NCBI RefSeq assembly: GCF_004010195.1
Contig: NC_057753.1
Coordinates: forward strand, 12,465,138 to 12,511,260
Source of the DNA: Chiloscyllium plagiosum
Lineage: Eukaryota
Direction: 5' to 3'
Length of the DNA stretch: 46,123 nt
Under the pieces are notes generated by a model that did no database searches, had not been told where the DNA came from, and saw only the letters and a program-made list of their open reading frames with translations. The translations under genes and the position numbers were made by a program. Below, piece after piece: positions 1-12,454 of the stretch; position 1 is the first letter of the stretch; each line of letters opens with the position of its first letter.

Positions 1-1199
1 TGGTCAGACTTCTGACATTTATTTATTCACTTATTCCTGGTTGTCATTGAACTATCAACCTCATATTTGTCACAAGTGCTTTTTCCCTGAGAATCTTAAT
101 TTTGTTTATGCATTTTGTCTTCAAAATAGCATTGGCTTTGCGACCACTGTCTGCACCGTTGATGGGAATATATCTTAATCGTGTCGGAAGTATTTCTGCT
201 TGAAAGCAGTTCAATGTTCACCCGTGATTTTGATTGCAATTTATCTGGCTCCGATCGATTTGTACCGATTGAAATTTGGTTTTCACCAACGACTCTGATT
301 CTTTGCTGCATTCTTTGCCTACAGGTGAAAGGAACGAACGTTGGTGTTCCAACTTCAAAACAAATGATGTTCAGGACTTGATGACTTTAACGACTCTGTC
401 AGATTTTGATGTGACAGATGAGCTCAGTTTCACAGCTGCCAAGTATCTGCTTCAAATGCACTGCAGAAACAAAACGTAATTAAAGCCTTCAATACCAGTT
501 CAGAATGGAAGTGCAGAAGTGAATATTCTCTTGAATAAATGTACAGTAATGCAAAGGCTGGAGATCTGAAACGAAGGAGTAACTTAACAGGTCCAGCAGC
601 ATCTTAGTAGAGTAACTTACAATTAACATTTCAAGTTCAGCGACTCTTATGTATTATTGGAAACGAAACGCTGATTTCCCTCCAAAGATGCTGCCAGACA
701 TGAGTTATTTCGCAATTCCAGCCTTACTTCACTTTTCCTCTTGGTTTAAATTGCCCGTGGGTAAATCCCCTGCAAAATGATTTTACCAACTCCATCCCTG
801 TACATTTTGCAGAGACACTCACAGCTTTCCTTTCCGGTTTCAGGATTCGCGCGCATGCACGCTGTTGACCATTTAACTCCACCAGCAAAGACGTTAACCG
901 TTAGTCAGGGCTTGTCATTGAGACATGCGGTATCACAACTTCAAGCTGTTCACTATCAGTGCAGGACCATGAGTGTCATATTCGAGGTTTGAGGTCTGCA
1001 CTGGGTGTTTATGACGTTCTATCAAGGAACCATCAGTGATGAGTTCGTTCTGCAGATGCAGTCCTAGAATAATTTAGGCAGAACGAATGAGAATAGATTG
1101 TTTTTTTATTAATTAGTTGAAACTGAGGAATCTTAAGAACCGATGCATGGGTAAGGGACGATTGCGAGTTGTAGAGTGAGGGAATACAAATAAGGTTAG

Positions 1200-2300
1200 A
1201 TTTGGAGTCTGATGAGGAATCACAACGTAGCAATTTTAATACGGGCAAGAAGCTCCAACAGAACATGCTGCTGCCGTTGCTTATAAAAGGAGGGAGACAG
1301 CTGCAATACATTCCTTGGGGAACCCAGGATCTGGAAAGGCTGAGAAATGTGCTGCCCAATTTACATGATGGAGCAGGAAAGTAGATTAGAGCCTTTGAAG
1401 AAGACATCGCATGACAGTTGTTGGCTATGGGGGATTTGAAGGTCCTGCCAATATGGCTAGTGGGACACCCGACTTTAAGAAAGATAATTGACTGAGCCCA
1501 CTTGAAGAATGCTGTGGACAATCCGATGATTGATGGTGCTGCGTTTGATCGAGTAAGACAAAGGGTATATGGCAGGCCCTTGGACTCGCTTAAGATCGAT
1601 CCCAACGCTTTGAGAAAGGATCCATTGGGAGACACTGAATAGCATGCAGTCTATTTGGAAAACCAGTTGAAAAGTTGGAAGTTTGATACAGAACACGCTA
1701 TGGAAGGTAGTCAGCTGTTGATCACTATGTTTCAGACTGCTATTTTTGAGGCAATGCCCCCTCAAGTCAACTCTAAGCTAGAGGAGGTAGTGTATCTAAC
1801 GTCCATGGCCCTCCAGGAATTCAGAGATCATGTCATCCGTGCGGTCGAAAGATACCACAAAGACAAAAAGAAGCTGCCTGAAAGCAGGAGGAGATGCTAA
1901 GAAATTTGACGCAAATGCAGCTCGTGGAACTTGAAAAGACACTGAGAGAAAAGTAAGAGTATGTTGCCAGTGACAACTGGGATGTTCAGCGCCAATGAAA
2001 TGAATAACATGCTGGTCGAGGGAAACCCTTTATCGTCGCCTGGCAAGTGCCAGACAACCCAAAGCCGATAATAAATATCTTTGGGGAAACTTTTCTACAG
2101 ATAGCATACTGAGGGCAATATAAAATTAACTAACAGTCTCGACGGAACTGAGGTCCCCCAGGACTGGGGCAAAGAGGTGAGGGGCCAAAGGGTATGGTGA
2201 GAGGTCAGATTTAGGGAGGATCAGAGATAGTGTGTTTGGGGTATTCTCAACTACGTCACTTTATAAGAAATTGCCTGTATTGGACCTCCCGGCCCCAGGG
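1200..2300 (+). pseudogene. gag: ERV gag remnant
   Basis: ORF pieces 1202..1384 and 1655..1900 with retroviral capsid-like sequence, followed by a CX2(Y)X4HX4C knuckle at 2233-2274. Confidence 0.75.
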
Positions 2301-2439
2301 TAGACCTATGGGTCAGGAATGACCGACTGTCCCGCCACAAAATCGCTACAGGCCCAATAGGCATGTTAATCTGTACAGGATATGCTGGGGGGTGCACAGA
2401 GAACCCAAGTGATAAGGGGCAATACTCTATTATTACACG

Positions 2440-4350
2440 GGAGGCTGAACTAGAACCTATTGTGCAGGTTAGTTTGGAAGGACAGTTTATTCCTATGATG
2501 ATTGGTACTGGAGCAATTTATACTTGTGTTCAACCGCAATCTGCTCCCCGCCTTTAAATGTCAGGAAAGTTTGGTGGGACTATAGGGTTATTGCGTAAAC
2601 TGCAGTTGACAAGGTTTACAGCTCCAGTAAGTTTAAAAATGGATAGCAAATCAGTCGTCTTGTCTTTATTAGTCTCTGAGGGGAAACCAATTAATTTGCT
2701 GGGTTGGGACGCTTTTTTGAAGTGAGAAGTAAAATTGAAGTGTACATAAAAGGGATTTACTGTAGGTAGAGCGAATTCTCAGTTGATGTTACAGGAAACC
2801 AGGAAGGCCAATGTATATTGCATTGACAACAGAGGTGGTTATATTTGGGAAAATTGGAAATAATGGAAGAAAGACGCTTCAGCTTTACTGCCTTTGGCGG
2901 AGCCACCTAGTCTGAGCTGCATTGTACAGTGATTTTTAACGAGACTCAGAGTAAAGTCGTAGGGGAGCTGTGGAACTGCGAGGTTGTCACTCCGCAGCAT
3001 TTACAGAGTGTAGCTAAAGCGACAGGGAAGCAAACTGGTTTCCAGAAGATCCATGAGGATTCCCTGCAACATTGTGAGTGGATTGTCGAGTTGATGAACT
3101 CATTGACGATGCCTGCAGCGTCAGCTTTTATAAAGTATCAGGCACACAAGATAGGTAGTGATATGGGGGTCAAGGATGATCAGGCAGCAGATGAAGCGGT
3201 TAGACTGGACTTTGTGTGTGCTTCAGATGTCATTGCACCCGAGGTGTGTTTAGGTCCAGAGCCAACGATAGTCGACATCATTGTAATGCAAAGTAAGGCC
3301 ACCATATACTGAGCAGCTGGTGTGGGGACAAAGGAGGAGGCAGGCGTAACCATGAAGTCCTGTGGTGCACAGAGGAAGGTTTGTGGGTGCCTCCCAGCCC
3401 TTTGTTGACCATTCGTATCACAAAGGTACATGGGTTTGATCATTGTGCCAGAGGCAGATTGCTGAGCAAGATAAAGAGGGATGGCATTTGGTCACCTTAC
3501 TTGCAGGCTTCAGTGGATTATGTATTATTGCAATGTGATGTCTATGCTCAAAATAATGTCAAAAAGGGAATAGCGACCCTTACCTGCACCTGAAGAGCCA
3601 TTTAAGCTTTTGGTGATTGACTATGCGGACACGATAAAGACGGTGAGAAAGAAGAGATGTATGTTGGTGGTCATTAACAGGTTTAGTAGATGCGTAGAAG
3701 TGATCCCGTCGAAGGATTCTGAGGAAGGCACAATGGCAATTTTTTAACAACAGAAGTTATTCTGAGGTTTGGCAGACCGTCTGAGATCAATTCGGATAAT
3801 AGGTCTGCCTTTATCCAGAAGGCGGTTGAGTTGGTGCGACTGGTTTTGTGTATTAATTAGAGGTTTGGCTGTGAGTATCATTCCCAGTCGCAGGTTATGG
3901 TGGAACGGGTTAACGGTACTTTGAAGGATAAGTTGAACAAAATGTTGTGCAGCCAGCAATCTGAACTGGGTCGATGCACTGCCGCTGGCACAAATGCATT
4001 ACCGTATGCGGACTAACTGCATGACTAACTTAATGCTACATGATATGCTTACGAGTGGACTGATGCCAGTGCTCGAGTGGAGGGGTACGTTTGACGTGCC
4101 TAGCATGGAACAATTGGAACTTGAACCAGAGTAGTGCATGCAACGGCTAACTATGATACATGAGTCTATTTACACGCAGGAAATACTCTGGAATCCAATG
4201 TCTGGTAATACGCAGGGGCCGATTGGCCCTGGAGATCAGATGTATGTACGGATTTTCCTGAGAAATTGTAATGAGCCGTGAAGAGAGGGTCCTTTTAGGG
4301 CAATCAGGGCGTCACCTACTGCCGTTCATTTGAGGGCAGATCCGCCTGAT
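2440..4350 (+). pseudogene. pol: ERV pol remnant (protease, RNase H C-terminus, integrase); RT domain absent
   Basis: ORF pieces 2363..2557, 2929..3312 and 3381..3593, plus interrupted integrase core motifs to ~4350. Confidence 0.85.
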
Positions 4351-4769
4351 ATCATCTTGGTCACTGGAACAGGGTGCTCCCAACGCCACAGATGGACTCC
4401 GGGGTTGAGGTATGTGAGGGTGAGAAGGGGCTGCGACGGTTGAAAGGGCGTGCTGAGTGATACAGCTTTACGTGTCCCACAACAGTTGGCGACTGCAGCG
4501 TTTGGAGATACTGCTGCCTCTGGGGTTGTCGGTTTCTGGAAGGTGTAATTTCTCCTGATTGTGTGACTGAGGACGGGTTGGGGCAGGTCAATTAATACCC
4601 CTCTTCCGTCCTGAACGTTTCTGTTCCTGTGCTGACTTGCGGTCCAACGATTTGGCGGACCTGACGTATCTCACTTGATAGTGTCAATGTCCTATACCAG
4701 CCGACTCTGCACCACTCTAAACGGGAGTATGTCCCTGATCCGCCAATGCATGTTGTTAGCTAAGGTATA

Positions 4770-5423
4770 TCCCCAATGTGTTCAAGGCCAGAAATGAGAT
4801 TGCCATGGCCTGGGAGTTGCTTATCCCTGCCATTGGTATTAGCAAGAATGATTAGTAGATTAATTTTATCTATTACAATCAGAAGAGATTTATTAATTAC
4901 TCTGATGATGCCCTCTCTGCATTGGGTGAGCAATTGGATATGACCAGTCGGATTGCGTGACGGATGAGGCAGGACCTGAACTGGTTGTTGGCTGAGAAAG
5001 GTGGGTTCTGTGTACTAACTCGGGAACATTGCTGTACCTTTATTCCCATTAATACTAGCCTGGACGGATATTTTTAACAGGTGATGGGTAAGCTGTGGAA
5101 TTTATGGGAGGCGCTTAAGTAGACTGCTAAGTCTGGCCATCGGTCCTTCGACTGTTTGTTTGGAGTTTTGGGCGGATTGGGGAGGAACCTGTTTCTTTAA
5201 GACTGGGATTGTTCCGGGTTTTGTGTTGCATGTTGTTGCCTTTGTGTTTTGCTGTGCTCGACCACTTATTAAGTCTTTGTTAGTGTATCTTGCTGCGCAA
5301 CAATCCCCTCTTGTTCCAGTGTACTCTGGTCAGGCCCCCTTTTCCACTGCAGCTTCGCCACTCTACGACTATGATCTGACGCCTGCTGTGGTGCTGAAGC
5401 CTTGTTCGGATGAACAGGTCTGA
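4770..5423 (+). pseudogene. env: ERV env transmembrane subunit remnant
   Basis: FIYYNQKRFINYSDDALSALGEQL, immunosuppressive-domain-like RQDLNWLLAEKGG, CX6CC (5009-5035), hydrophobic anchor in ORF 5160..5423. Confidence 0.85.
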
Positions 5424-5669
5424 CTTGCATGCGTTGTGTGCGCATTTTGTTTGTGCAGAGTCTTTGGGCCATTTTGTTTCCTGTTCCATTTATTGTGGGA
5501 CGCATTTTTGGCCTGTGACTCCAGATGTGGAAGGAGAATCCTTTGAAATTTGGACCCTGGAAATTGTTATTTCCCATTTTTCGGCTCTGCCGATCGATTT
5601 GACCTTTGTGCGTCCTGCCTCCTTGTATTCTTTCTCTGTGTGAGGCCTATTGGTCTCAAAGGGGGGGAA

Positions 5670-6084
5670 TAAATGGATGTTACTCTGCCAGTTATGTCAC
5701 TAAAGTAGTGTTGCAATGCATGCCCGAGATCATGTTACAGGGCTCCAGTAACAGATAATGGTAGTGCATTTTGATAGGCTAGTTAAATTACTGGCAGAAG
5801 AGCTCATGTTGAAGATGATGGTGGGGTGATGTGATAGGTTAAGTGCAATGTAGGGAACAGTGTGGCAGACATTGAACAGTTTAGAAAGACCACGCGAGAC
5901 AGAATGATTTGTTATGCTAATGCTAGCTGATAAGCACGGGAAGAACAGCTGTATAAATTGCAGAAAACAAAGAGCTTGTGGGGAGTCAGGGAAGACAATT
6001 TGCTGGGTCCAACAGTTTTGTTTTTGCAAGATTAAAGATTAATTTCCTGAAGGATTTTCTGCTTCTCCTGGCAATTTTTTTTCA
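5670..6084 (+). repeat. ERV 3' LTR
   Basis: Follows the PPT directly; TATAAA 5952-5957, ATTAAA 6031-6036, ends in CA at 6084. Confidence 0.7.
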
Positions 6085-7439
6085 TAGAACATTGAGTGAT
6101 TCTTCCACAGCAAAACACAGACAAGTCTTCAGTTTTTCGACTTGGGTTCAGAATCAACACAGCTCGAAATGTGGGGAGGAGTTTGCTTTATGATAAATTA
6201 TTGAGACAACAGGTGAAATAGAAAACTTTATCTTGATTAGGAATATTGTATCAAAACACTGGTAATTAGAGGCACTTTCAATATAAGGGAACAGTAAGAG
6301 GAATAATGTGATAGAAAAATAAAGTATCTATCTTGCAGTAGCCATTATGTTAGGGCTTGATCCATCCAACAACGTTAATTTTAGTGATCAGCATTTACAC
6401 CAATATTAGCAGCAACGCTTCCCTTTCTTAAAAAAAAGTATTCAAACATGGTCTATTGCAGTATGTGGCATTTAGTCTATGAGGAACATAGCTATAACCT
6501 CGTGAAATTGAAACTGAAGCAAGGCCTGGTGCAGTACAGATGATAACATAGTCACGTCAAATATTTATTTGTCATGAAATAGAGCTGCACAGTGGTAACA
6601 GAAAAACGGTCGAGAAGCTTAGACTTAGAGTCACATAATAGGGAAACGGGTATTTTAGCCCAATTCGCCAATATCACTCGAAAGCACTGTGATACGTCAT
6701 CCAGTGCTGAAACAAATGAGAATTAACAAAGTGGAATATACACATACACATACTCAAGCTTAATGTACACGAAACTGACCTCGTTTAAAATAGACAGCGT
6801 CCTGGTCTACTGCATCGTATAAGAGAATAGGAATTAGTGCAACAAGGAAAATCAATTACATGACCTTATGTAGTATGTCTACAATAGGAAGGTAAGACAT
6901 GGATTTGTGCACTGAGATGTAAAAGGCCATACCATTGCATGAACATCCATGGGAGCTCATGTCATAATAGTTTTTGCTTCGTGAATTCTTTTACAATAGT
7001 AGGCAGGATTTTGTTCAGTTAGTGCTCCCATGAGACCTTCATATCTATGAAGAAGCTTTAGACCTGTCCGAAAATGATAAGAAATTACTGAAACAAAAGC
7101 GACAGAAACTAACACATGTCAAGGATGTAGGCACTGACGTAGAAAACAAGGGCGTAAAGAAATGCTATTACATGGAACACAACGACTAGAGCAGTGATAA
7201 TATCAATCGCCTCGTAATAATCAAATGCCACAATGGTAAATCCTGAATTTGAAATCAGCAAACAGCAGAATTAATGCAATCACCGTTAATACTCAAACAT
7301 GTTCACGAATATTCTTTAGATAAGGAAATCGGCCATTCGATGTTTGTTTAACCAATGAGTGACTCCAGAAACACGAGCAGTGTATTGGCTGTTAACCATT
7401 CTTGAAATGGCTTTATAAATCTTTTCATTAAATCAAATC

Positions 7440-9140
7440 AACCTAACAAAGGAATTACAATCGGAAGTCTACTGGTAATGAATGTTAACCCAGTCGACGA
7501 GAAAATCTTTGCTGCTACCTTTTGGAAGCTGGTGCCAATATCATGAACGTTGTCCCAAAGATAAATCAAAGAACGGCCTCTCATAGAGAAACATACTGCA
7601 TCATATTTACGAACGAATGCTCCACATACCACCATTATCATCGTCCCTGGGTACGTCCCATTTGAGTGATCAAAATAGAATCAGGAAGGTGTTTACTCAA
7701 AAACCCATGATCTTCCACGGCACAAGGGCAACGTAGCCAAGAGAGTTTCTTGGTGACACACTTTCCCCTCATTTCTCTGAATGTTCATGTTGATGAATCC
7801 ATGCTGAACAACAGTTTCGAGGCAAATTTTGAGGCGCAATGGCACAGAACGTATTCTTGGGGTGTTCCCAACATTCGTGTTTTAACATAGTCGTGCCCTC
7901 AGCCAAGCTATTCGATTTTATATTCAACACTGACATTTATCTTAAAACCTGGAATACTGGACAAATGCGTTTCTTTGCGCAGAAATAAGTACAAGACAAA
8001 CTCAGCCAATTCATGTCCCAACAGTTCACTATCTATCAACAGCAAAGTGTTAGATGATTTTGTCGATAGTGCCATCAGGTTGCGTTTGCGCAGATCATTG
8101 ATGCTCATCTTTAATCCCGGGAGGATCGTTTGGGTTCTAATTGCAGCCTTATTTCAAAACTGGAAACAGTATAAGAACTCCATGTGAGAGAAGAGAATGA
8201 CCGTCCGTGAACTGGAGGCCACATTTGTGTATCATGCCAGCTAGGATCCTAATTAAAATTGAATTAATATGCATCAGGAGAGCAGCTTTCTACTATCTAA
8301 CAAAAAGGAAGACGTTATTGCTGTTGCAAACCAGCCTTCTCAGCTCCAGGACATGTCTGCAAGAGTTCCGCTGGATAATATTCCAGATCCATCAATCTTC
8401 ATTTGCTTCAACAATGATCTTCCCTCCGATAATCTTGTCAAAAGTGGGAAAGTTCGATGATGATTGCACAATATTCGGTATTATTCGCCACTCCTCCCAC
8501 ACTGAAACATCTTCATGATGACGTGGAAAACCTGCAAAACATCAAATTTCTACGGTTAAGTGAATGTAACATTCATGCCAGCCAAGTTCCATGCTTTGAA
8601 CATCTTAACAGAAAATGTTCGAAACGTTCCACCCAGAGGTTCAATGGCTTTACCACCGTTGAATCTCTGACCGACAACAATTTTGGCATTATCATAAATC
8701 AGAAGCTTAACTTGCTTCACGATATAATTATTGCAGCTACAATAATAAATGAGAAGTTAGGGTTACTGCCCAAAGTACGTCATGCATTATCTCCTCACTG
8801 CATGTCTGTCAACTAGAAGGCAGAAGTTTGCAATATGATGCAATACTCAGCACTTATCTGGAACAGAGAAGTTCCAAAATACTCCAAGATGCTCGACAAC
8901 ATCGGTGGCAAAGCAACCTGATTTGCAGCCCTTTCATCTTCCTCCTGAAACTTTCACCAGCGTCATCCTATGGAGACTACTATGCCCCCTCCTCGAAGCA
9001 CGCTGTGGTTAGTTACCAGTCCGCCAGCAATATTTTCAAAATGCACGACATCTGGCATCATAATGGACAAGTGTAGAAGATGCATTGGAACACTCCCTAC
9101 ATTCAGGTTCCCCTTCACATGACTCGCCATCCTCAGGTAC
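7440..9140 (+). mobile_element. Old, internally deleted CR1/L2-clade LINE ORF2 (endonuclease start to RT end)
   Basis: Endonuclease-like TTIIIVPGYV near 7630; RT motif FDDDC (from FADDC) at ~8453-8467; downstream RT C-terminal resemblance; heavily mutated. Confidence 0.65.
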
Positions 9141-9745
9141 TGGGTCCTCTTTGGGTTTGTCATCTATATAACTGAGTTCATTGCGAATACAGAAAATACT
9201 TTTTAATTTGTGGATGGCACACAAAATTGCTGGTATGGTAGATCGTGACAAGTGGCATCTAATATGATAAACAGATCTCGAGAGTACTTCGCGTTTATTT
9301 TGAAACATCCGTGTTACTAATTCTGGGATCCAGATATCTAACTTCAGGGAAATGAGACTAGAACACAAGAGAAAATATCGAACAGCAAAGTTAAAGATCA
9401 ACAGAAGTGAAGCCAGTTGGATGTGTGGATGGAGGAGAAGGGGCAATATATTTCCATGTCAGAAACATCCAAGTAGAAAATCGAATGCTGGGAAATACAT
9501 TAATAATAATTGCCATGGACAGAATAGTTAGAAACCATTGAAGGAGAATAACAAGAAAGAAAAAAAAAAACAGCGAGCATGTGGTACAGACTTTAAAGAA
9601 CAGGTCAAATCATAACTCAATGAAACATGAAGGAATTATGATTGCACTTCCTTTGATGTCAATGCTTCTGCAATCCAATCATCTCAAGAACGTGTCCTGA
9701 AATGTCATCATCTGTTTTTGCCCATCCATAAATTTCATAGAGATC

Positions 9746-9761
9746 CCACCAGAGGGCGCTA
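9746..9761 (+). promoter_or_regulatory. CTCF-binding motif
   Basis: CCACCAGAGGGCGCTA matches the vertebrate CTCF core consensus; binding itself is not shown. Confidence 0.65.
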
Positions 9762-9801
9762 TAGTCACACACATTGATGTCGTCTATGTGTTTGCTTACT
9801 T

Positions 9802-9901
9802 GTTTATAGATGACACCAAAGCATGTGGGACGGCACGTGATGAAGTTGACTCAAAGAACTCACCACTTGCCGTCCCACATGCTTTTGTGTCATCTATAAA
9901 C
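9802..9901. repeat. Inverted repeat / hairpin, ~45-bp arms with 9-nt loop
   Basis: 9802-9847 versus reverse complement of 9857-9901: 3 substitutions and 1 indel. Confidence 0.9.
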
Positions 9902-11563
9902 TTGTCAGTAGTACGTTCACTTTAGTCAGTATTTAGATGGTGTGTTGACGTGAGTCTCTGGTCTTTCACCATTCTCATTCACAGGAGGAACATTTTATTG
10001 CAATTTTCAATTTCTTAAAGGATCAGTTGTCCTTCTAAGGGTGCTGGTTTATCGCTAACAATGCGCGACAATATGATAGTGAGCAAACGTTTGGACTGTA
10101 TCTGTCACAGAAACATAAGTTATACTTGCGATAATTAAAGATAAAGTTAAACAAGACTTTTGACAACGTAGAATCTCTACAATACGGAAGCAGACCATGC
10201 AGCGTATTGAAACCAAACTGACCGACTGAAGAACATGCACCCTATCCTATCCCATTCCATTAACCAGACATTTCCCACGGCTCGTCCATATAGGTTGCAC
10301 ATCATTGAACTGTTTGTGCATACCTGGAGCACATCACGAGCGTGTAATCTTCACGAAGACCCTCACCTAAAGTTATAATAGCATCCGAGACCCTAGTGCC
10401 GTACGACAGGCTTACTAACCACGGACTTTCCATGCCAGCCAGTGACGCTTGCCAGCAAATGCAGAGAAAGCATTCGATTCTACCTTTACATAAATTGTTT
10501 TTTTTCAATAATTTGTTTCTCTAGTTATTTTATTCCAAATGTCTCAGACCCAGAGGGCTTCCACATCAGTTTCAGGGAACTCTCATCGTCAGAGAGCAGC
10601 TCTGTGAACTGGGGAACTCCAGTTCTGATGGTCGAACAACATGAACTACTTTACTTCTTTTAGGGTTGCCGACATGTTTTAGGACAACATGTGGTTTAAA
10701 CTCTGTACAATACCGTGTTGCCAGATGAACAACTTGACTGTTTTTTTTAAAACAAATAATAAAGAATCGCAGTTACTGGATATCTGAAACAATAGCGAAA
10801 ATAACTGGAGAAATTCAGACAGTCTGGCAATTCTGTGAAGAAAAAACAGAATCAACGTTTGAGTACCAGAAGCCGTTTATCAGAACTTTGCTCTTTTTTC
10901 ACAATAGTTACGGCATGAAGCGGTCCTCACACGAGAGTTAAAGTGGTCCAATTAAAAAATGAAGCAGCTCCAAGTTTCATGTCTGTCACGAGGTGTCTTT
11001 GCCAATAATGAACCAATAAGCAGAGATCCGTAAGTTAGTCAATCCTTTCCCAACTCTTGACGAAAACAATTTTAGCTTCGGCCAGTTCTGCCCATATTCA
11101 ACGTGATATCGGTGCAAACATGTCGTCTGGAACTCTTTGTTTATTACTCACAGCTGCAACCCTTCTAAATGGTAGGTTCACAACTTGTGGAACTTTTATG
11201 CTTCAGTGCTTTGCCGGGAAATACGTTGATTTGAGCAGTTCTGGCAACACAGAGGCAGAAACACGTTTTCCACAAATGAAAATCACCTGCGTCTAAGATT
11301 TCTGAAAACTATGCAAAGCCTGGGAGAAATTAATGACTATACTTGGACAATGACAGTGGAACAGTTAGGCTGGGAATCCAGACAGGACTGAAGCGATTGA
11401 AATGACATGACAAAGGACGGACTTTTAAACTCACGGACTGTTTTCAGTTATCCGCTCGGAAAGGGAATGGGAAATTACGTCGTTAATAGTGTTGCCTGTG
11501 TTTTAAATAAAAACATTTTATTTCATCTGTCAAAGTCCATATCAGTTCCAGTCGCTGAGTTGT

Positions 11564-11620
11564 ATGAAATTGATTCTTTTCCAGTTTCCCTGCCTGCTCT
11601 TTCTCTGTCTACTTTTCAAG
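11564..11620 (+). CDS. Leader exon of the TCR V segment at 12109 (apparent 1-nt frameshift)
   Basis: ATG 11564, hydrophobic stretch, donor AAG|gtgaac at 11621; one extra T in the T4 run at 11577-11580 gives MKLILFPVSLPALSLSTFQ/G in the required phase 1. Confidence 0.6.
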
Positions 11621-11637
11621 GTGAACGGCCTGATTCG

Positions 11638-12066
11638 AGGCTGAACAGGCTGGGGCTGTTTTCTCTGGAGCGTCGGGAGCTGAGGGGTGACCTTATAGAG
11701 GTTGATCAAATTATGAGGGTCGTGGATAGGGTAAATAGGCAAAGTATTTTCCCTGGGGTTGGGGAGTCCAGAACTAGAAGGTATAGGTTTAGGGTGAAAG
11801 GAAAAAGATATAAAAAACACCTAAGGGGCAACTTTTTCACGTAGAGAGTGGGTACGTGTATGGAATGAGCTGCCAGAGGATGTGGTGAACGCTGATATAT
11901 TTGCAACATTTAAGAGGCATTTGGATGGGTACATGAATAGGAACAGTTTGGAGGAATATGGGCTGGTCACTGGCAGTTGGGACTAGTTTGGGTTGGGCTA
12001 TCTGTTCGGCATGGATTGATTGGACCGAAGGGTCTGTTCCCAATCTGTACATCTGAATGACACTAT
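11638..12066 (+). mobile_element. 5'-truncated CR1 LINE 3' end inside the V leader intron
   Basis: RLNRLGLFSLERRELRGDLIEV..ESRTRRYRFRVKG, the typical CR1 ORF2 C-terminus, followed by its 3' UTR. Confidence 0.9.
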
Positions 12067-12108
12067 GAAGTAATTTTTAAAATTTACTCTCACTCTTGTA
12101 TCTTTCAG

Positions 12109-12415
12109 GACTTTGTTGTGCAGATTCCGTCACGCAACGACCGGATACAATCGCAGTGAATGAGGGGGATGATGTCCTGCTATTTTGCAATTACACGGCT
12201 ACAACAAGCAGCGATCCTTCCCTGTTCTGGTACAGGCAGCATTCCAGCGGCTTCATGGAATTTCTCCTAAAGAGAAACCAATATATCAGCACCACAGACA
12301 GACTTCCAGAAGACCGGTTTTCCTCGAAGTTTGATCATGTGAACCGCACTATCCAGCTGAACGTGTTGAAAACAGAACTTACAGACTCCGCAGTGTATTA
12401 CTGCGCACTGAGCCC
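12109..12415 (+). CDS. TRAV/TRDV: T-cell receptor alpha/delta variable gene segment, V exon (open)
   Basis: Phase-1 acceptor tctttcag at 12108; DSVTQ..LLFCNYT..LFWYRQ..DRFSS..LTDSAVYYCALSP with both canonical Cys and the conserved Trp; followed directly by an RSS. Confidence 0.93.
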
Positions 12416-12454
12416 CACAGAGACTCGGAACATGGCTGACCCTGTACAAAAACT
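12416..12454 (+). promoter_or_regulatory. 23-bp-spacer recombination signal sequence
   Basis: CACAGAG + 23 nt + ACAAAAACT. Confidence 0.92.

Larger units (their letters stand above)
1070..6084 (+). mobile_element. Decayed endogenous retrovirus (gamma/epsilon-like, fish-type): gag-pro-(RT missing)-RNaseH-integrase-env TM-PPT-3' LTR
   Basis: Gag-like QYIPWGTQDLERLRNVLPNLHDGAGK*IRAFEE (~1300-1410); degenerate zinc knuckle CLGYSQLRHFIRNC (2233-2274); protease MMIGTGAIYTCV (DTGA->GTGA, ~2495-2530); RNase H end IKYQAH..DQAADEAVR (~3130-3205); integrase HGFDH..C, LVIDY, INSDN, MVERVNGTLK (~3430-3930); env TM LNWLLAEKGGFCVLTREHCC; PPT aaagggggggaa 5658-5669. Many stops and frameshifts. No 5' LTR match seen; the 5' boundary is approximate. 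Confidence 0.9.

Noticed and set aside
276-479. Possible terminal exon or orphan leader around cag/gtg at 322-327
   Set aside because: Ambiguous splice signal, no in-frame ATG and no recognisable product.
1033-1635. 200-aa minus-strand ORF
   Set aside because: Antisense shadow of the ERV gag remnant.
6588-6692. CACAGTG and CACTGTG heptamers
   Set aside because: No nonamer at valid spacing and no adjacent V, D or J coding features.
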